A stretch of DNA of 64,000 bases from Halichondria panicea (lineage: Eukaryota), in assembly GCF_963675165.1 (NCBI RefSeq), contig NC_087392.1, positions 78,022 to 142,021 of the forward strand, written 5' to 3'. How positions within the stretch are numbered: the stretch's first letter is position 1; every line of letters starts with the position of its first letter. Under the pieces are notes generated by a model that saw nothing but the letters and a program-made list of their open reading frames with translations, had not been told where the DNA came from and did no database searches. Both the position numbers and the translations under genes were made by a program. Positions 13,684 through 43,519 of the stretch are shown here, one piece after another.

Positions 13684-15809
13684 ATGTCTGACACTAGTCA
13701 CCTTCGTGGCTGGAAGTCTAGCAGACCAGTGCCTCAATCCGTACCCTCACACGCAGGATTCCGTAACAGTCAGAAGGGACGAATGCTTGGTAGAGCTGAG
13801 ACAGTGGGGACTGGACTAGGAGGAGTAGTCCTAGAGGTGGCAGCCCGACCAGAGTGCTCTGTCTGCATGGATGAGTTTGCTGATGAGGTGCTCAAGGTAC
13901 CGAGGAACCTTCTCTGTGGACACAGCTACTGTACAGGTAGCAACCCATTATAACCACTGCATGAGATGTTGTTAGTACATGCATGTCTGTTGATAGCTAA
14001 CTTTGAGAGGCCATAACTTGTGTTAGGAACGTCCAATTTCAAGATACATTAATTTTTAGTAGCGTGTTGTAATTATGATGATGTGCTTAGTGAGTGATTG
14101 TTTAGGGCCCTAAGATCCCATTATCTGTGAGCTTGGGTGTATATAATGTGTTATGTTTGCTCAACTACGACTTGTCATTGCTCCTCCAGATTGCCTGGAC
14201 CAGCTACTGCACAAGTCACTAGACAGCCTGCCCTCCATCACTTGCCCCAAGTGCTGCAAGGTGACTGATCTAGCTCAACGTGACATTACAATCCTGCCCA
14301 AGAACTACTCACTCCTGGAGATGATCCGAGACTCCGCCTCCTCTCGTTCTACTAGCCCCGCCCCCTTCAGAGAGAAGTCCCCTGTCCCTGTGGCCTTGCG
14401 TTGTGAGGAGCATGGAGACAGTCTCTCGAGCTTCTGTACCAAGTGTGGGGAGTTAGTGTGCAGCTCTTGTCTCGTGTATGGCAAGCACCGGGACCATAGC
14501 AACAAGACCTTGTTTGTGAGTGAGGCAGCTATCAAATACAGACAGAAACTAGTTGACCTGATACCTGAGGTACGCTCCACACGAGGGAAGATGCAGTCAG
14601 CATTAGAGCAGATCCAGAGAATGAGTGCCAGTGTGGAGGAGATGGGAGGACAACTGGAGCACGAGGCTGAAGAGACATACGGGCAACTAGTAGAGCTGAT
14701 AGTGGCCAAACGAAATGCCCTCAAACTGGAGATAATGGAGCGTACTCAGATACGCCTGGAGGCACTCACTGATCAAGCACTGTGAGTGTCCAGGTGTTGG
14801 CTTATATAGTGTCCAGGTGTTGGCTTATATAGTGAATGGTCCACTGTCACTTGTGTATAGTAGTAGTTAACTCAATAATGATGCACACGTGTACACAGTG
14901 ATCTCAAGGAGTGTATTGAAAAGGCATCTTCTGTGGAGAGGACAGCAGACGGTCTGTTGAGAGGTGATGATTACAGTCTCTTACAGAAGGCCACTCTGAC
15001 AATGGATCAGATAGAGGGTATCTTTGTTAACCCTCCACAAGCTACACCAAAGTGAGTACTTTGACCCCTTAAGCTGTGGTGGGGAATCTTGAGCATAATG
15101 ACCCATTCCCTAGAGATTAGGGTTTCCTCTGCATAATTATTCATCTTTCCCCCATACACCACATTGACCACACACACATACACACACACCACACTGACCT
15201 CACACACACACACACACACAACCTGATTGCAGGGCTCAGAATGACTTGCGTTGTGAGTTCTCTGATAAACCTGCAGAGGAGATTGCTGCTCAGGTAGCAG
15301 TCTATGGCATTGTCAGACCAGGTACACCAACTAATATTGATGTGAAATACCATTCTCAGAAATGTGCCCAGTAATGATGATGTCACAATGTGTAAATTGT
15401 CAAATATGTGTCAGACCCATCGTAAAACAATCCCCAATACTATTGATGTAACATTCCCTGGCATGCAGATGTGGGTATCATCAGCCACTTGTTTGTCAAG
15501 GCCTATCACGATGGGTTCTCCATCAAGTGGGATAGCCATAACTTCACTGACAATGAGGGGACCACCTACTATCTCCAAAAGGCATGGGGAAGAGAGGAGG
15601 ACTTCACACCTCTATGTAGAGGCTCCTCCACCAAGTACAACTACAAGGATGACCTGAAACACGGCCAATCCTACAGGTACTACTCAATTATTTCAGTGTA
15701 TACTTTCATCATAAACTTTAATCTGCTTCAAGGTTCAGAGTTCAAGTGCGTACCCCCGAAGGTGTTGGTAACTGGTCAGAGCCAGTGGAGGCAGTCAAAG
15801 CAGCACCAG

Positions 15810-15879
<70 letters not shown>

Positions 15880-16602
15880 CACAGTGCCTTGTGAGCTAGT
15901 TTATTGTTTACTAGAAGCAAATGCTGTTATTAGTATACTTTTCACAATCTTTTTATCCAATCCCCCTTCCCTGTAGAGTTTCATTGGCATGAGTCATGGC
16001 GTAATGTGAAGGTTGAGCTGTGTAGGAATAGACTGGAGGCAGCATGGACGAAGGGAGGAGCACACAACTTCTGGGCGACCTTTGCTGGAGATAAACTCTT
16101 TCTCAAGGGCAAGCACACCTTCGCTGAGAAACACTACTTTGAGATTGAGATCCTTGATTTGGGCAAGAGCAAGTCTCTCAAGAAACTGGCACTGGGTGTC
16201 ATCAGCTGCCGCAAATCAAGCGCCAACTCATTGCCATGGCAAGACGGCAAGAATCCGATTGGTCAATGGGATACCCCATCGTGGTCATTCCAGCCCATGT
16301 TGGGTGTTGTCCACTCCCAGGGTACATCAGCCGAGGGTGTCCAGTATAGTAAGGAGAGCTCCCTGACTGTAGGGGACAGAGTGGGCATGTTGGTAGAGCT
16401 CGATGAAGGGAGGATCAGCTACTTCCTCAATGGTCGTGATCTAGGAGCAGCCTTTGTAGAGTTAGATGAGGAGAGTGTACTCCCGTGTGTGTCCATCAGA
16501 GACAAGGTACGGGTCCTGCTCAGGTTCCCCCCTCCTCCATACCAACACAGGAAGATCAAGCTCACCAAACTATCCTCACGAGGACAAGCACAAATTTACT
16601 GA
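13684..16602 (+). CDS. TRIM family E3 ubiquitin ligase, C-I class architecture (RING, B-box, coiled-coil, COS/FN3, B30.2/SPRY), 7 exons
   Basis: Exon 1 is 13684-13936 (RING start: PECSVCMDEFADEVLKVPRNLLCGHSYC). Exon 2 is 14187-14781 (rest of RING: ITCPKCCKVT; B-box: LRCEEHGDSLSSFCTKCGELVCSSCLVYGKHRDH; then coiled-coil). Further exons: 14894-15053; 15232-15320; 15467-15676 (FN3: ..FSIKWDSHNFTDNEGTTYYLQKAWGREEDF..); 15731-15809; 15977-16602 (SPRY: ..WATFAGDKLFLKGKHTFAEKHYFEIEILD..VGMLVELDEGRISYFLNGRDLGAAF.., stop TGA at 16600). All junctions are GT-AG and phase-consistent. Confidence 0.8.
15811..15880. repeat. (CA)n microsatellite abutting the donor of TRIM exon 6
   Basis: Direct sequence. Confidence 0.9.
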
Positions 16603-16778
16603 TTTTGAACTATGAACTTTGTAAATCTATCATTTTAGTTTTGTATTATAATATACCAGCGGGGTTAATTATACCAGCGGGGTTAATTAATGACAATAAC
16701 AAACTTTTTCTTTTTCTTAGTACGTTTAATATTAAAGTGACAAAGTTTGACAACAATTTATTATTAATGATGGCTAGT

Positions 16779-17720
16779 AGCTAGTGTTATGATTGTTTGG
16801 TCTGCCAGCTCCGGACTTGCTCTGTGGGGAGGGGGTCATAATGAGGGGGCGTAGTAGGTATTGAGTGGGTGGGTTACCTGACAACCAGGATACAGCATCC
16901 TCTAAACCATCTCCTGTCAAAGCATTTGTAGAACTGTGTGTGTGTGGGTGTGTGTGGGTGTGTGTGTGTGTGTGTGGGGTGGGTGACAACATTCACAGAT
17001 ATATCCCTCAATAAAGTGTACCATATATGATAAGCTGTATCTCTCAGTTTGTCCAGCTCCAAGTGTTTGGAGCATTGTATATGACTGAGAGATTCCCTCA
17101 GGTCAGACTTGTTGGCCAACAGGAGTATAGGCAGGTGTCTACCAGCCACATCTGCACACACAGGGCACATCATGACATAGGCACTACATGTAGAGGGGGC
17201 TACCTGGGTGTGCTAATAGCTGGTCCAGCTCATCCTTAGCCACTGGTAATCTCAGCTTGTCACTCGAGTCCACCACAAACATAACAGCATGGACATCCCT
17301 ACAGTGATCATGCTATAACAGTCATTACTCCATGGAGAGACTAACTTACTTGTAGTAGTGCTCCCAGAGACCTCTGTACCTCCCCTGACCAGACATATCA
17401 AACACTGTGAATGAAAGGCTGTGAGGAGACAATAGTCGCCATACATGCGTACAAGGGTAGCTCACTTGGCATGGGTGAAGATGTCCACACTGAACCCTAT
17501 AGTGGGAGTGATGTTCTGACACTTGCTCTACAGAAACAGAGGTAACTATAACATAGTTGTGTGGGTGGGTGGGGCTGCAAGCACTGCACTCACTCACTGT
17601 GTCTGGTTTGAGCTGATTGATGATGGTGGTCTTTCCACTGTTGTCCAGACCCACACACAACACCTTAGCTTGCTTCTTCTTGAATCCAAACCATGTCATC
17701 AGATCATCAAAGAACCCCAT
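16779..17720 (-). CDS. ARL6: ADP-ribosylation factor-like GTPase 6 (BBS3), 6 exons
   Basis: Exons in plus coordinates: 17597-17720 ([41 protein letters not shown]); 17466-17527 ([20 protein letters not shown]); 17350-17418 ([23 protein letters not shown]); about 17195-17290 ([31 protein letters not shown]); about 17022-17156 ([21 protein letters not shown]...); about 16870-16930 (..[13 protein letters not shown]); about 16779-16845 ([10 protein letters not shown]). Near-identical blocks to human ARL6: [75 protein letters not shown]. Confidence 0.85.
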
Positions 17721-18107
17721 CTCTGCAGCTAGCTAACACACCCACACCTTTGTTTTGCATTACCTCATTCATGTGGAGTCTATGGAAACAGCGCATGCGC
17801 ATTAGGCAAGTATGAAATTCAGGAAGGAGAGGAAAACCAATCCAGTCTAGTCTTATCAGAGTCTTGAATTGGCCAGGGACTGAGATCCAACACAAGCATA
17901 ATTGTTATTCCTATTAATTAATGTGCCGTGTTTGTTACTATAAATAAGTGTGTTTCAATAGCAAAAAGCTTCTTATATACATGTACGCTGTTATAATTAT
18001 AATAAGTACAATGAGCAAACAGTTGATACTGAAAGTATCATCAAAACAGTGAACAAAAATCAACGATGAACAAAAACTGGAGAGTTCAGAGTTCAGAAGT
18101 ATTAAGT

Positions 18108-19271
18108 TTATTTCTCATACTGTTTCCACTCCATACCATCTGGTGGCTTGCGTTCTACCTTGCTCTGTCCAATCTCTGACCAGTTGGTACTCAGCACTGT
18201 CCCTCCAGACTCTTGCTGCAAGTGTGTGTGTGTGTGTGTGGGGGGGGGGGGGGGCATAAGTTAGAGCAGGCTGTGTATGGAGCAGCACAAACTATACATG
18301 AGCATTGCGTGTACCTAGTAGCCACACACACACCATACAAGCTGGAGTACAGGGCTACTGTTAGTGATCAGACACCATACAAGCTGGAGTACAGGGCTAC
18401 TGTTAGTGGATCAGACACCATACAAGCTGGAGTACAGGGCTACTGTTAGTGATCAGACACCATACAAGCTGGAGTACAGGGCTACTGTTAGTGATCAGAC
18501 GCAGCTAGTGTACAGACACGGTTGGATAGATAGAATCAAAACTCTTGATAGTCAACTCTCAACTCACAAAAGATTTGTTCATAGCTTTCTTGATCTCATC
18601 ACTGCCATCAGCGTATATCTGCTGAAACAGGCCATTGAGAGCTGCATCTCCCTCCAGCTTCTCTTCCTTTTCCTCCTTTTTAACCTCTGCCACGAGCTTG
18701 TCCCAGTCACGAGAGTGGTGGGATGAGGTGGGGTACTTATGAACCTCGTCTTTGGCCACCACTTCATCCGCACTCTTGGATGGCATTGAGGGCATCTTAG
18801 TCTTCTTTATAGTGGCATCTGTCTCCTCAAGGCTGCACCACTGTTGGAGCTCCACCTTCCGAAGCTTTATCTCCACCTGCAGTAAACAACACACTAATAT
18901 AATGAAAGCCAACGAGTTGGAATACTCTACCTTGGTGCTTAAAACTTTAAAACTGCATTTGCTGGAGTCAATGGAGTGAGCCAGATGCAGATCAAGAAGA
19001 TACGGATTTTCTCCAACCAACTCAATGGTTACACGCAGCTATAGTTGGAATGATGGAATGTGTGTGAGGGCCATTATCGTGCTACAATGTAACGTACAGT
19101 CGTTTCGGTGAATTCCACTTGCACTTGATCTTTCTTGAGCCCTTTGATCATGACATTGACACACACGTCAGAGGCAGTCTGGTACCAGTCATGGCGATAC
19201 TTGGGGGCTTCTTTGCTGCTCGGATTATTCTCTGCTGGGCCCGTGTCCAGGGTTAGGGTTGTGTCCGACAT
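18108..19271 (-). CDS. SUGT1: SGT1 homolog (CS + SGS domains); no TPR-encoding exons are evident upstream
   Basis: The exon at 19074-19271 begins [40 protein letters not shown] (human [33 protein letters not shown]). The exon at about 18894-19000 has ..[11 protein letters not shown] (human STFKVLSTK). The exon at about 18568-18840 has [63 protein letters not shown] (human [53 protein letters not shown]). The last exon at 18108-18212 has [34 protein letters not shown] (human [32 protein letters not shown]). Confidence 0.8.
18340..18500. repeat. 57-bp tandem repeat x3-4 (gatcagacaccatacaagctggagtacagggctactgttagt) in a SUGT1 intron
   Basis: Direct sequence. Confidence 0.9.
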
Positions 19272-19318
19272 TATTACCAGATTTTGTTCTGGAAAATTCC
19301 AACTAAAGCACCTATATT

Positions 19319-19386
19319 ATAGGTGTGGTTTGGAGGGTGGGGCTTATCATAGGCTATAATAAGCCCCACCCTCCAAACCACACCCA
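19319..19386. repeat. Perfect inverted repeat/hairpin with about 28-bp arms (ggtgtggtttggagggtggggcttat ... ataagccccaccctccaaaccacacc) around a 10-bp loop
   Basis: Reverse-complement identity is visible directly. It sits between the SUGT1 start (19271) and the UGT 3-prime end (19497). Confidence 0.85.
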
Positions 19387-19493
19387 ATTGTGCGGCTATT
19401 TCTTGACGCCACCGTGCGGCTGCTTCTCGAGATTCAGATTGTGAAAAAAATGTAATTATAAAAAATATACGTCTTGATCAGTTTGTTCCTGGT

Positions 19494-21038
19494 CTATCAT
19501 TGTATGCATCTCCCTAAGCACAAACAACACTTGAAGCATCCCCACAGGAACACAGTCAGCACACACAACATTAGTGCATACACATCCGCATTATGGTATT
19601 TTACCCAGCTCCATCTGTACTTGGCAAACGCTGGTATGAGGTGATCATAACCAACATCTTCATAATGCTCCACTAGGTCAGCAGCAACTCTAGCTCCACC
19701 AGCAAACTTGTAAATCTTTGAGAGTCTTTGTGCATTTGCCACGTACTTGTTGGAAGTGATTCTCCGAATTGCATTCACTAAATCTTCCAGTGTAAAGTTG
19801 TTAGTGCCCCAGACAGTATCCATGAAGGAGTACATTGACACACCGACCTCTCGCTCCTCAATAGCAGAGCCAATCTGGAACTGATCAAAGACGCTAGGCA
19901 AACAAATGACTGGTAGGCTGTTGTATAGGCTCTCTTGAACACTGTTGAGTCCACAATGCACTATACACGCCTTGATTGCTCTGTGCTGCAGGAGAGACTG
20001 TTGAGACACCCAGTTGCGGATTATAACCCGATCACTATCAATGTCCAGTCCATCCAGTGTCCACATGCTGTCCCTTCTCAACGCCCATACAGCATCATAC
20101 TGCGTGCCTAATACAGCATTCACGATCATCTCTGCTCTGCTCCTGGACATGTCTCCTGTGGTACCCATACTGATGTACAATACTGAGCGCTCCTGCTTCC
20201 TGTTTAGCCAGTCTAGTAAACTGTCATTAAGAGGTGATTGCGAGCTCCTCAGCACTGGTCCAACATAATGTCTCAGGGGACTAAGCAGAGTAGGTGCCTC
20301 TATTCCAATCACAGATGTAACGATATGAGGAACAAACACTCCGGGATAGCCAACTAGATTGACATCGCTTAGCACTTTAGAAAACTCTTTGTCTTGTTCT
20401 ATCGCACCTTTGAACAACTTTGCCAACCGTTTCAATAACAATGGTGTTCCAACTGCACTCCACATTCGACCGCCAAACCCCATATCTTCAGGCTGTCCCC
20501 CCATGAAAGTGATAGGGTAGGGCCAACTCGGCCTGATTGCCGGGAACGGGGGAAGAAATGAACTGAAGACAATCACTTTCCAACCCAGTACAGCGTGGTA
20601 GAGACCAATAGGCAGGATAGAGAAATCACACACAATAATATCAAATTGTTCAATTCCTATTGACTGCAACTTTTTCCGTATCTTGATAGCTGCTTTTTCA
20701 TTTGACAGTATTACATCGTTCATCAGTGAAAAGTTACTCAAATGTTGCATTCCTTTCATTGTTTCGATGTACTGACTCCAGGAGAACATATCGTAGCCAG
20801 CACTGATGAATGACACCCCGACACTCTCTGGTAGAGACGGTAGGAGTGATGATCCCTCCAGCACGGTGGAGCACAGGCTCACAGTGTGCCCTCGAGACAC
20901 TAACTCTTCTCCCAGACTGACCAGTGGAAACAGATGACCTGGAAACATCCCATTTAGTAGCAACACAGAGATGGAGTTTGTAGGTGAGCTCCAGGCAATT
21001 AGACAACACACCACCAGCTCTAGTACCAGCAGCTTCAT
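19494..21038 (-). CDS. UDP-glycosyltransferase (UGT superfamily, GT1), intronless, with signal peptide and C-terminal transmembrane anchor
   Basis: The 513-aa ORF has an N-terminal signal peptide (MKLLVLELVVCCLIAWS). The UGT signature region reads WVSQQSLLQHRAIKACIVHCGLNSVQESLYNSLPVICLPSVFDQFQIGSAIEEREVGVSM (consensus W.PQ..lL.H....F.tHgG.nS..Eai..GvP....P...DQ..N). A C-terminal hydrophobic stretch is followed by a basic tail. Confidence 0.85.
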
Positions 21039-21267
21039 TCTTGTTTACATTTGAAGATCTAGGAAAAGATCACTAAATAGTAAAGCTGAGTTTGATTCAG
21101 TTTTTGAGCAGTTTATGACAAGTAAAGTGTTTACACAGTAAACAGTACACAATATAATGATGGTGTACGGGTGTGGAAGTGTATGTATGCGTGACCTATG
21201 AAATTTTCTTTAAAAAACAAAAAACAAGGCAAAGCTATAATATCCCTTTCCGACAATTCAGAGTGGC

Positions 21268-21832
21268 CTAATCTTCGTCTGATGATTCATCAGAGTCTGG
21301 TTTAGCTGCTCCTGCTGAGGCTCCATTCTTCTTAGGTGTGTCCTGAGCACCTCCCTTGGCTGCAGGGTTTTTTGAGGCTTCCCCTGTTGCATCAGACGGC
21401 CTCTTCTCTCTCTCAGTCTGGGGGAGGGGGGTATAGGTGAAGCACTGTCCGTATCAGTCACTAATGATGCTTATTGTGGGCTTGTGTAATGCTAACAATG
21501 GTTTTTAAGTGGATGGTTTGTACTTGCAACAGATGAATGTAAGTTAAGTGGCAAAGGCTTGTAGTCAACAAGCGAATCATGTAGTCTACGAGATATACAT
21601 AATACAGCAAGTTTAATGAAGGGTGAACTCACCACTGCATCGCTAATAGCTTTCAACCAAACCATCATCTCGTCCCTAGTGCTGGCCTGCACCGGATAGT
21701 CCTTCCCTGCATGAGATCACACGACAATATTAGCACACAAGTCATTCAATTATGAGTATAAAGTACAACACATGTGTGTGTGGGTGTGTGTGGATGGACA
21801 CACATGTGTGTGTGTGTGTATGTGGATGGACA

Positions 21833-21869
<37 letters not shown>

Positions 21870-22375
21870 ACACACACTGACCTTCTGCTGTCCAACAAGT
21901 AAATACATGTTGATGTTTCTGTAGTGTGTCTGAAGGGAAAAACAAACACCAATCACTCTATAATAATATACACTGACGTGTTTGTCCTCTGTCAAATACT
22001 GTACTGGAGCTAATGTACAGTAAGTGGCATGCTGGAGCTAACCTTCTTTAGCTGTGCTTCCAAAGAGAGGTACAACACCAACAGGTTTCTCATCCTGTGA
22101 GTGGGGGAGGGGGAAACTGTATCATACTGGTATCAATATGAGCTAGAGCTCAGGAAGTCGTTCAGCAATTAGCAATGTAATGCAAGACAGTACACTCAAC
22201 CCATTTATGGAGAGAGGTACAAACAGACAGTGTGGGATAATACACAGCGATACTATTGAAAATATTTAGTTAATGGCTAATAAGTTTTAAAAATGGACAG
22301 CAGACAAGTCCTTTCTTAGTAGGAGCTTTAATTTGTCCAGCCTTGTACAGTGGAGGAAAGGTAAATAAAGGTGGC

Positions 22376-22417
<42 letters not shown>

Positions 22418-22453
22418 GCAAGAATCTAGTGGGCAGGTCAGATGTGTGTTGCA

Positions 22454-22515
<62 letters not shown>

Positions 22516-23168
22516 AGGGGACCCACAATGAAGCACTTACAAAGGAACTTAATAGCTGTAAAGAAGCTGCTACAATGAGCTTCTCAATACGCTGCCATTG
22601 TACTAAAGCAATGGATACATAGATACACTTGTATGTGAGCATTGCAAGGTAAACTATCCAATGTCCGATGATCCACAGCTGTCTACTCTAGTACATGTAC
22701 AGGGTACGTGCCCTAGCAACAATCCATCAGTACATGTTATTCAAACGAGATAAGAATGTTTTCAACACAATTTCCCCAAATTTCCAACAAATTGAGTACA
22801 ATAGCCTTTCAATAAGTACATGATTATTATAACAGAATGCATACTTGCCATTAACCCTCACACACAGTGACACCCTCACACACAGTGACACCCTCACACA
22901 CAGAGACACCCTCACACACAGTGATACCTACCAGTCTGTTCTTGTAGTAGTACATGCCCTCTGTGGTGAGGACAAACCACCTGTCCAGCCAGTTCCTCCG
23001 TACATGCCCTTTCTTCTTTAGGAACCCCACCTTTATAACCTCCCCTTGTTGCTTTGTCAGCAGATCTGACGTCATAGTCCGTTTTCTGGGCATCTCTGAC
23101 TTGTTAGATTGGGTGGAGCTTTGTTTGTTAGAGTCCTGCAAGAGAATGAATGGTGCCATCACACACAT
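21268..23168 (-). CDS. Small PH (pleckstrin homology) domain protein with an acidic C-terminal tail, about 5 exons
   Basis: Exons in plus coordinates: about 22934-23168 (MCVMAPFILLQD...GEVIKVGFLKKKGHVRRNWLDRWFVLTTEGMYYYKNRL, then a gtaggt donor); about 22044-22095 (DEKPVGVVPLFGSTAKE); about 21888-21937 (..QKHQHVFTCWTAEG); about 21642-21716 (GKDYPVQASTRDEMMVWLKAISDAV, then a gtgagt donor); about 21268-21418 (TEREKRPSDATGEASKNPAAKGG...DSDESSDED*). The family (PLEKH/PHLDA-like) is not resolved. Confidence 0.5.
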
Positions 23169-23535
23169 CTATAGCACATACAAATACACTGAGCTGTAAA
23201 AGGGGACATTATCTGTGTTTACTCTTGACTCACACTGAGCTACTGATGGCCGTGCACACACACTGGAGGGAGGAAAGACAGCTAGAACACTCACTGCAAG
23301 GACGACTATTAGCTGAGCACTGTGTACTGTGTGTAGAGTTGCTGAGCTGGGCCTAGCCTGGGAAATTGAATAGCAATGCTATGACAAGGAAAGGTGTGGC
23401 TAGTCTACTGATCATAGCTGGAGAGGGGAGGGGCTTGTAGGGAGGTGCAGGACATAGTATAGTAGGCAGTAGATAATATCATATCATATAGCTAGCTACA
23501 TTGACAAGAGCCAAGACTGGAGCACAAGGCTAGCA

Positions 23536-40389
<16,854 letters not shown>

Positions 40390-40727
40390 ACAAAACATTA
40401 GGCTCTGCATAATTATAGTTCGGAATTTGTATATAATTATGGACAAAGCACTAGGCTACGCATGATTAGTAGATCTAGTTAGGAATTTTAACGCTGCAAG
40501 AGAGATTATGCTTTGAATATCTGTACGTGATTTTTGTATACAAGTTGTTTTTGTATGCAAGCTGTTTTTAGTGTGTGTTTAATAATTATTGTTATCAAAA
40601 CAAAATGACAGTTGAAATGTCAGATTGTGTGGGTGTATTGTTATGTCAGATTGTGTGGGTGTATTGTTATGTTGATGTAATCGGAGTGTCTCTCCTATTA
40701 TTGACGTGACCGAAGTAGCTGCTTGAA

Positions 40728-43519
40728 ATGTCCCTCTCTCCTAAGAGCACAAGCACTCCATTGAAGACAACCTCTTCTCTGGCTACAGAGAACTTATCTG
40801 CGCCCGGTATCCACAAGTCAGCCAGTGGAATAGCATGGTTGGAAACCAGTGAGATCACGTCACACCAGGAGCCCATAGCTCCACTCAAGATACAGGAGTC
40901 TCAAGATCTACTCGATGAGTTTGCAGCCAATGATTCGATAACGTCACAGCTGATCGGAACTCGTGTGTCGTTCTCTTCCCCATCTCAGAGCAGTTTAGTA
41001 GCTGCTGGTCGTGCCATGGCGGTCCTCACCAGTGGAGGGGATTCCCCCGGGATGAACTCTGCACTCCGAGCGGTCGTACGTGTGGGTATCTACTACAACA
41101 TGAAATCGTATGCAGTGTACGAAGGTTACCAAGGTTTAGTGGAGGGTGGCGAGAAGTTGAAGGAGATCACTTGGAACGATGTGTCAGGCATCCATTGCAT
41201 GGGAGGCACCATTATTGGGACGGCACGTTGTAAGGAGTTTCGGACAAAAGAAGGACGATTGAAAGCCTGTGAGAATTTGGTGAAAAGAGGCATCAATAAT
41301 CTGGTTGTGATTGGAGGCGATGGAAGTTTAACTGGAGCCAATATCTTCAAGGAGGAATGGAAAGGTCATATCAAGAAGCTTCTGGAGGACAAGACCATCA
41401 CGGCTAAGCAAGCAGTTGCGTGCGGTTATCTGAACATTGTTGGTTTGGTTGGGTCCATTGATAACGACATGTGTGGTACGGATATGACGATAGGAGCGGA
41501 CACTTGTCTACACCGGATCATGGAGGCTCTGGACTGTCTCACGAGCACAGCCGCTAGTCACCAGAGGAGCTTTGTGCTGGAGGTGATGGGTCGTCACTGT
41601 GGCTACCTGGCTCAGATGGCAGCCATAGCTGGTGGTGAGTGTTGGTGGTCCGTGTTATGTATGTCAGTATGTAACTGTACTATAGGTCACATGTACCTTG
41701 CACTCTCCTATTGACTGATCTATGTACCACCATTAAGTGTATTCATTGTTGCTATTGTTTGCATAAGTATCCTTGTAAGTACACACGGAAACATAATTGT
41801 GGCTTAAACTGGTTTACTTGGCTAATATAATCTGCCCCTCTCCTCCACACAGGTGCTGATTGGGTGCTTATCCCTGAGAATCCCCCACAGCCAGGCTGGG
41901 AGGAAGTCATGTGTCACAAGATCGACTTCTGTCGTCAAAATGGTCGTCGTCACAGTCTAGTGGTCATGTCCGAGGGAGCAGTGGACTCTAAAAACAAACC
42001 AATCACCTCAGCTGACGTCAAGAAGATTCTGGAGACCAAGCTTGGCCACGACACGAGGATCACTGTCCTAGGGCACGTTCAGAGGGGAGGAAAACCCTCT
42101 GCCTACGATAGAATCATCTCTTGCAGGATGGGAGCAGCTGCGGCCCTCGCACTCTTAGGCACCTCCAGTGAGATACCCTCTATGATGATTGGTGTCCAAG
42201 GCAACCAGATCTTCCAGCTGCCCCTCATGGAATGTGTGAGACGCACACGAGCAATTGACAAGGCTATGAAGGATTGTGTCTTCAAGCAAGCTCTAAATAT
42301 TCGCGGAGATAGTTTCCGACGAAGCAGAAAGATCCTCAAGAGATTGGAGTCATGTGGTAGCTCAGATGATTCCAATTGTGAGTCCCCCTCTTCCCCAACC
42401 TCCCACAAGTTCACATTTGCCATCATGAACGTTGGAGCTCCAGCTGCCGGAATGAACGGATGTACGAGGGCCTTTGTTCGTCTTCTCCTCTTTCAAGGAC
42501 ACACTGTCCTGGGGATCTCTGAGGGATTTGTTGGATTGCTAGGGGACAAAGTTCGCCCGATGTGCTGGAAGGAGGTGGACGGATGGGCATCTCAGGGTGG
42601 ATCCAAATTAGGCACTAATCGAGATATTCCCGACGACAAGACTCTTCCAGAAATTGCTGCCAAGTTTGGAGAGTACAAGATCCAAGGGCTGCTTATCATT
42701 GGTGGTTTTGAGGCGTACAGCAGTTTGATCAAGCTGGAGAAAACTCGCTCAGTGTACACAGCATTTCGTATTCCTCTGTGTGGAGTGGCTGCTACCATTA
42801 GTAACAATGTCCCGGGTACAGAGTTCAGTCTCGGCTGCGACACATCCCTCAACGTCATCGTCTCGGCAATGGACGTCCTCCGACAATCGGCGTACGCCAG
42901 TCGCAAAAGAGTGTTTGTGGTTGAGACCATGGGTGGTTACTGTGGTTTCCTTGCCAACATGGTGGCACTGGCTGGCGGAGCTGACGTTGCGTACATCTTT
43001 GAAGAAAAGTTTACGATTGCTACACTGCAGAACGACATATCTTGTCTAATTGGAAAGTTTGTCGATGGCCTTCAAAATGGAATTTTGATTCGAAACGAGA
43101 ATTGCAGTGAGAATTTCACGACCGACTTTCTGTGCAAGCTACTCGACGAGGAGAGCAAAGGAATGTTCATTACCCGCAGCCTTGTCCTCGGGCATCTACA
43201 ACAAGGGGAAGCCCCTAGTCCGTTTGACCGCATTCTGGGCGTTAAGTATGCCTCCCATGCAGTGGATTTCCTCATCGATGAAGCTAACAAGAACTTTGCC
43301 GGGAACAAAGTGCGAGCCACTAGCAAGGAGTCTGCTTGCATGATTGGACTTCAAGGGGTCAAAGTCCAGAGGGTCCCACTCCAAGAGCTTATTTCAAAAA
43401 CTGATTTCAAATATCGAATTCCAACGGACCAGTGGTGGATGTCTCTACGCCATCTGATTGGTCTGCTTGCTAAGCACAAGGAACATGCTTTCCTGGGTGA
43501 AGAATTTCACAGGAATTGA
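40728..43519 (+). CDS. PFK: ATP-dependent 6-phosphofructokinase, eukaryotic tandem-domain type, 2 coding exons (40728-41634, 41853-43519)
   Basis: [131 protein letters not shown]. After the GT-AG intron the protein continues [25 protein letters not shown].. (regulatory half: [45 protein letters not shown]). It is collinear with human PFKM. It carries a roughly 90-aa Ser/Thr-rich N-terminal extension. Confidence 0.9.

Noticed and set aside
17346-17720. The 124-aa - strand [15 protein letters not shown]...GLWEHYYK.
   Set aside because: It is a read-through of ARL6 exon 1, intron and exon 3 in one frame. The true gene is spliced (exons 17597-17720, 17466-17527, 17350-17418, and further exons).
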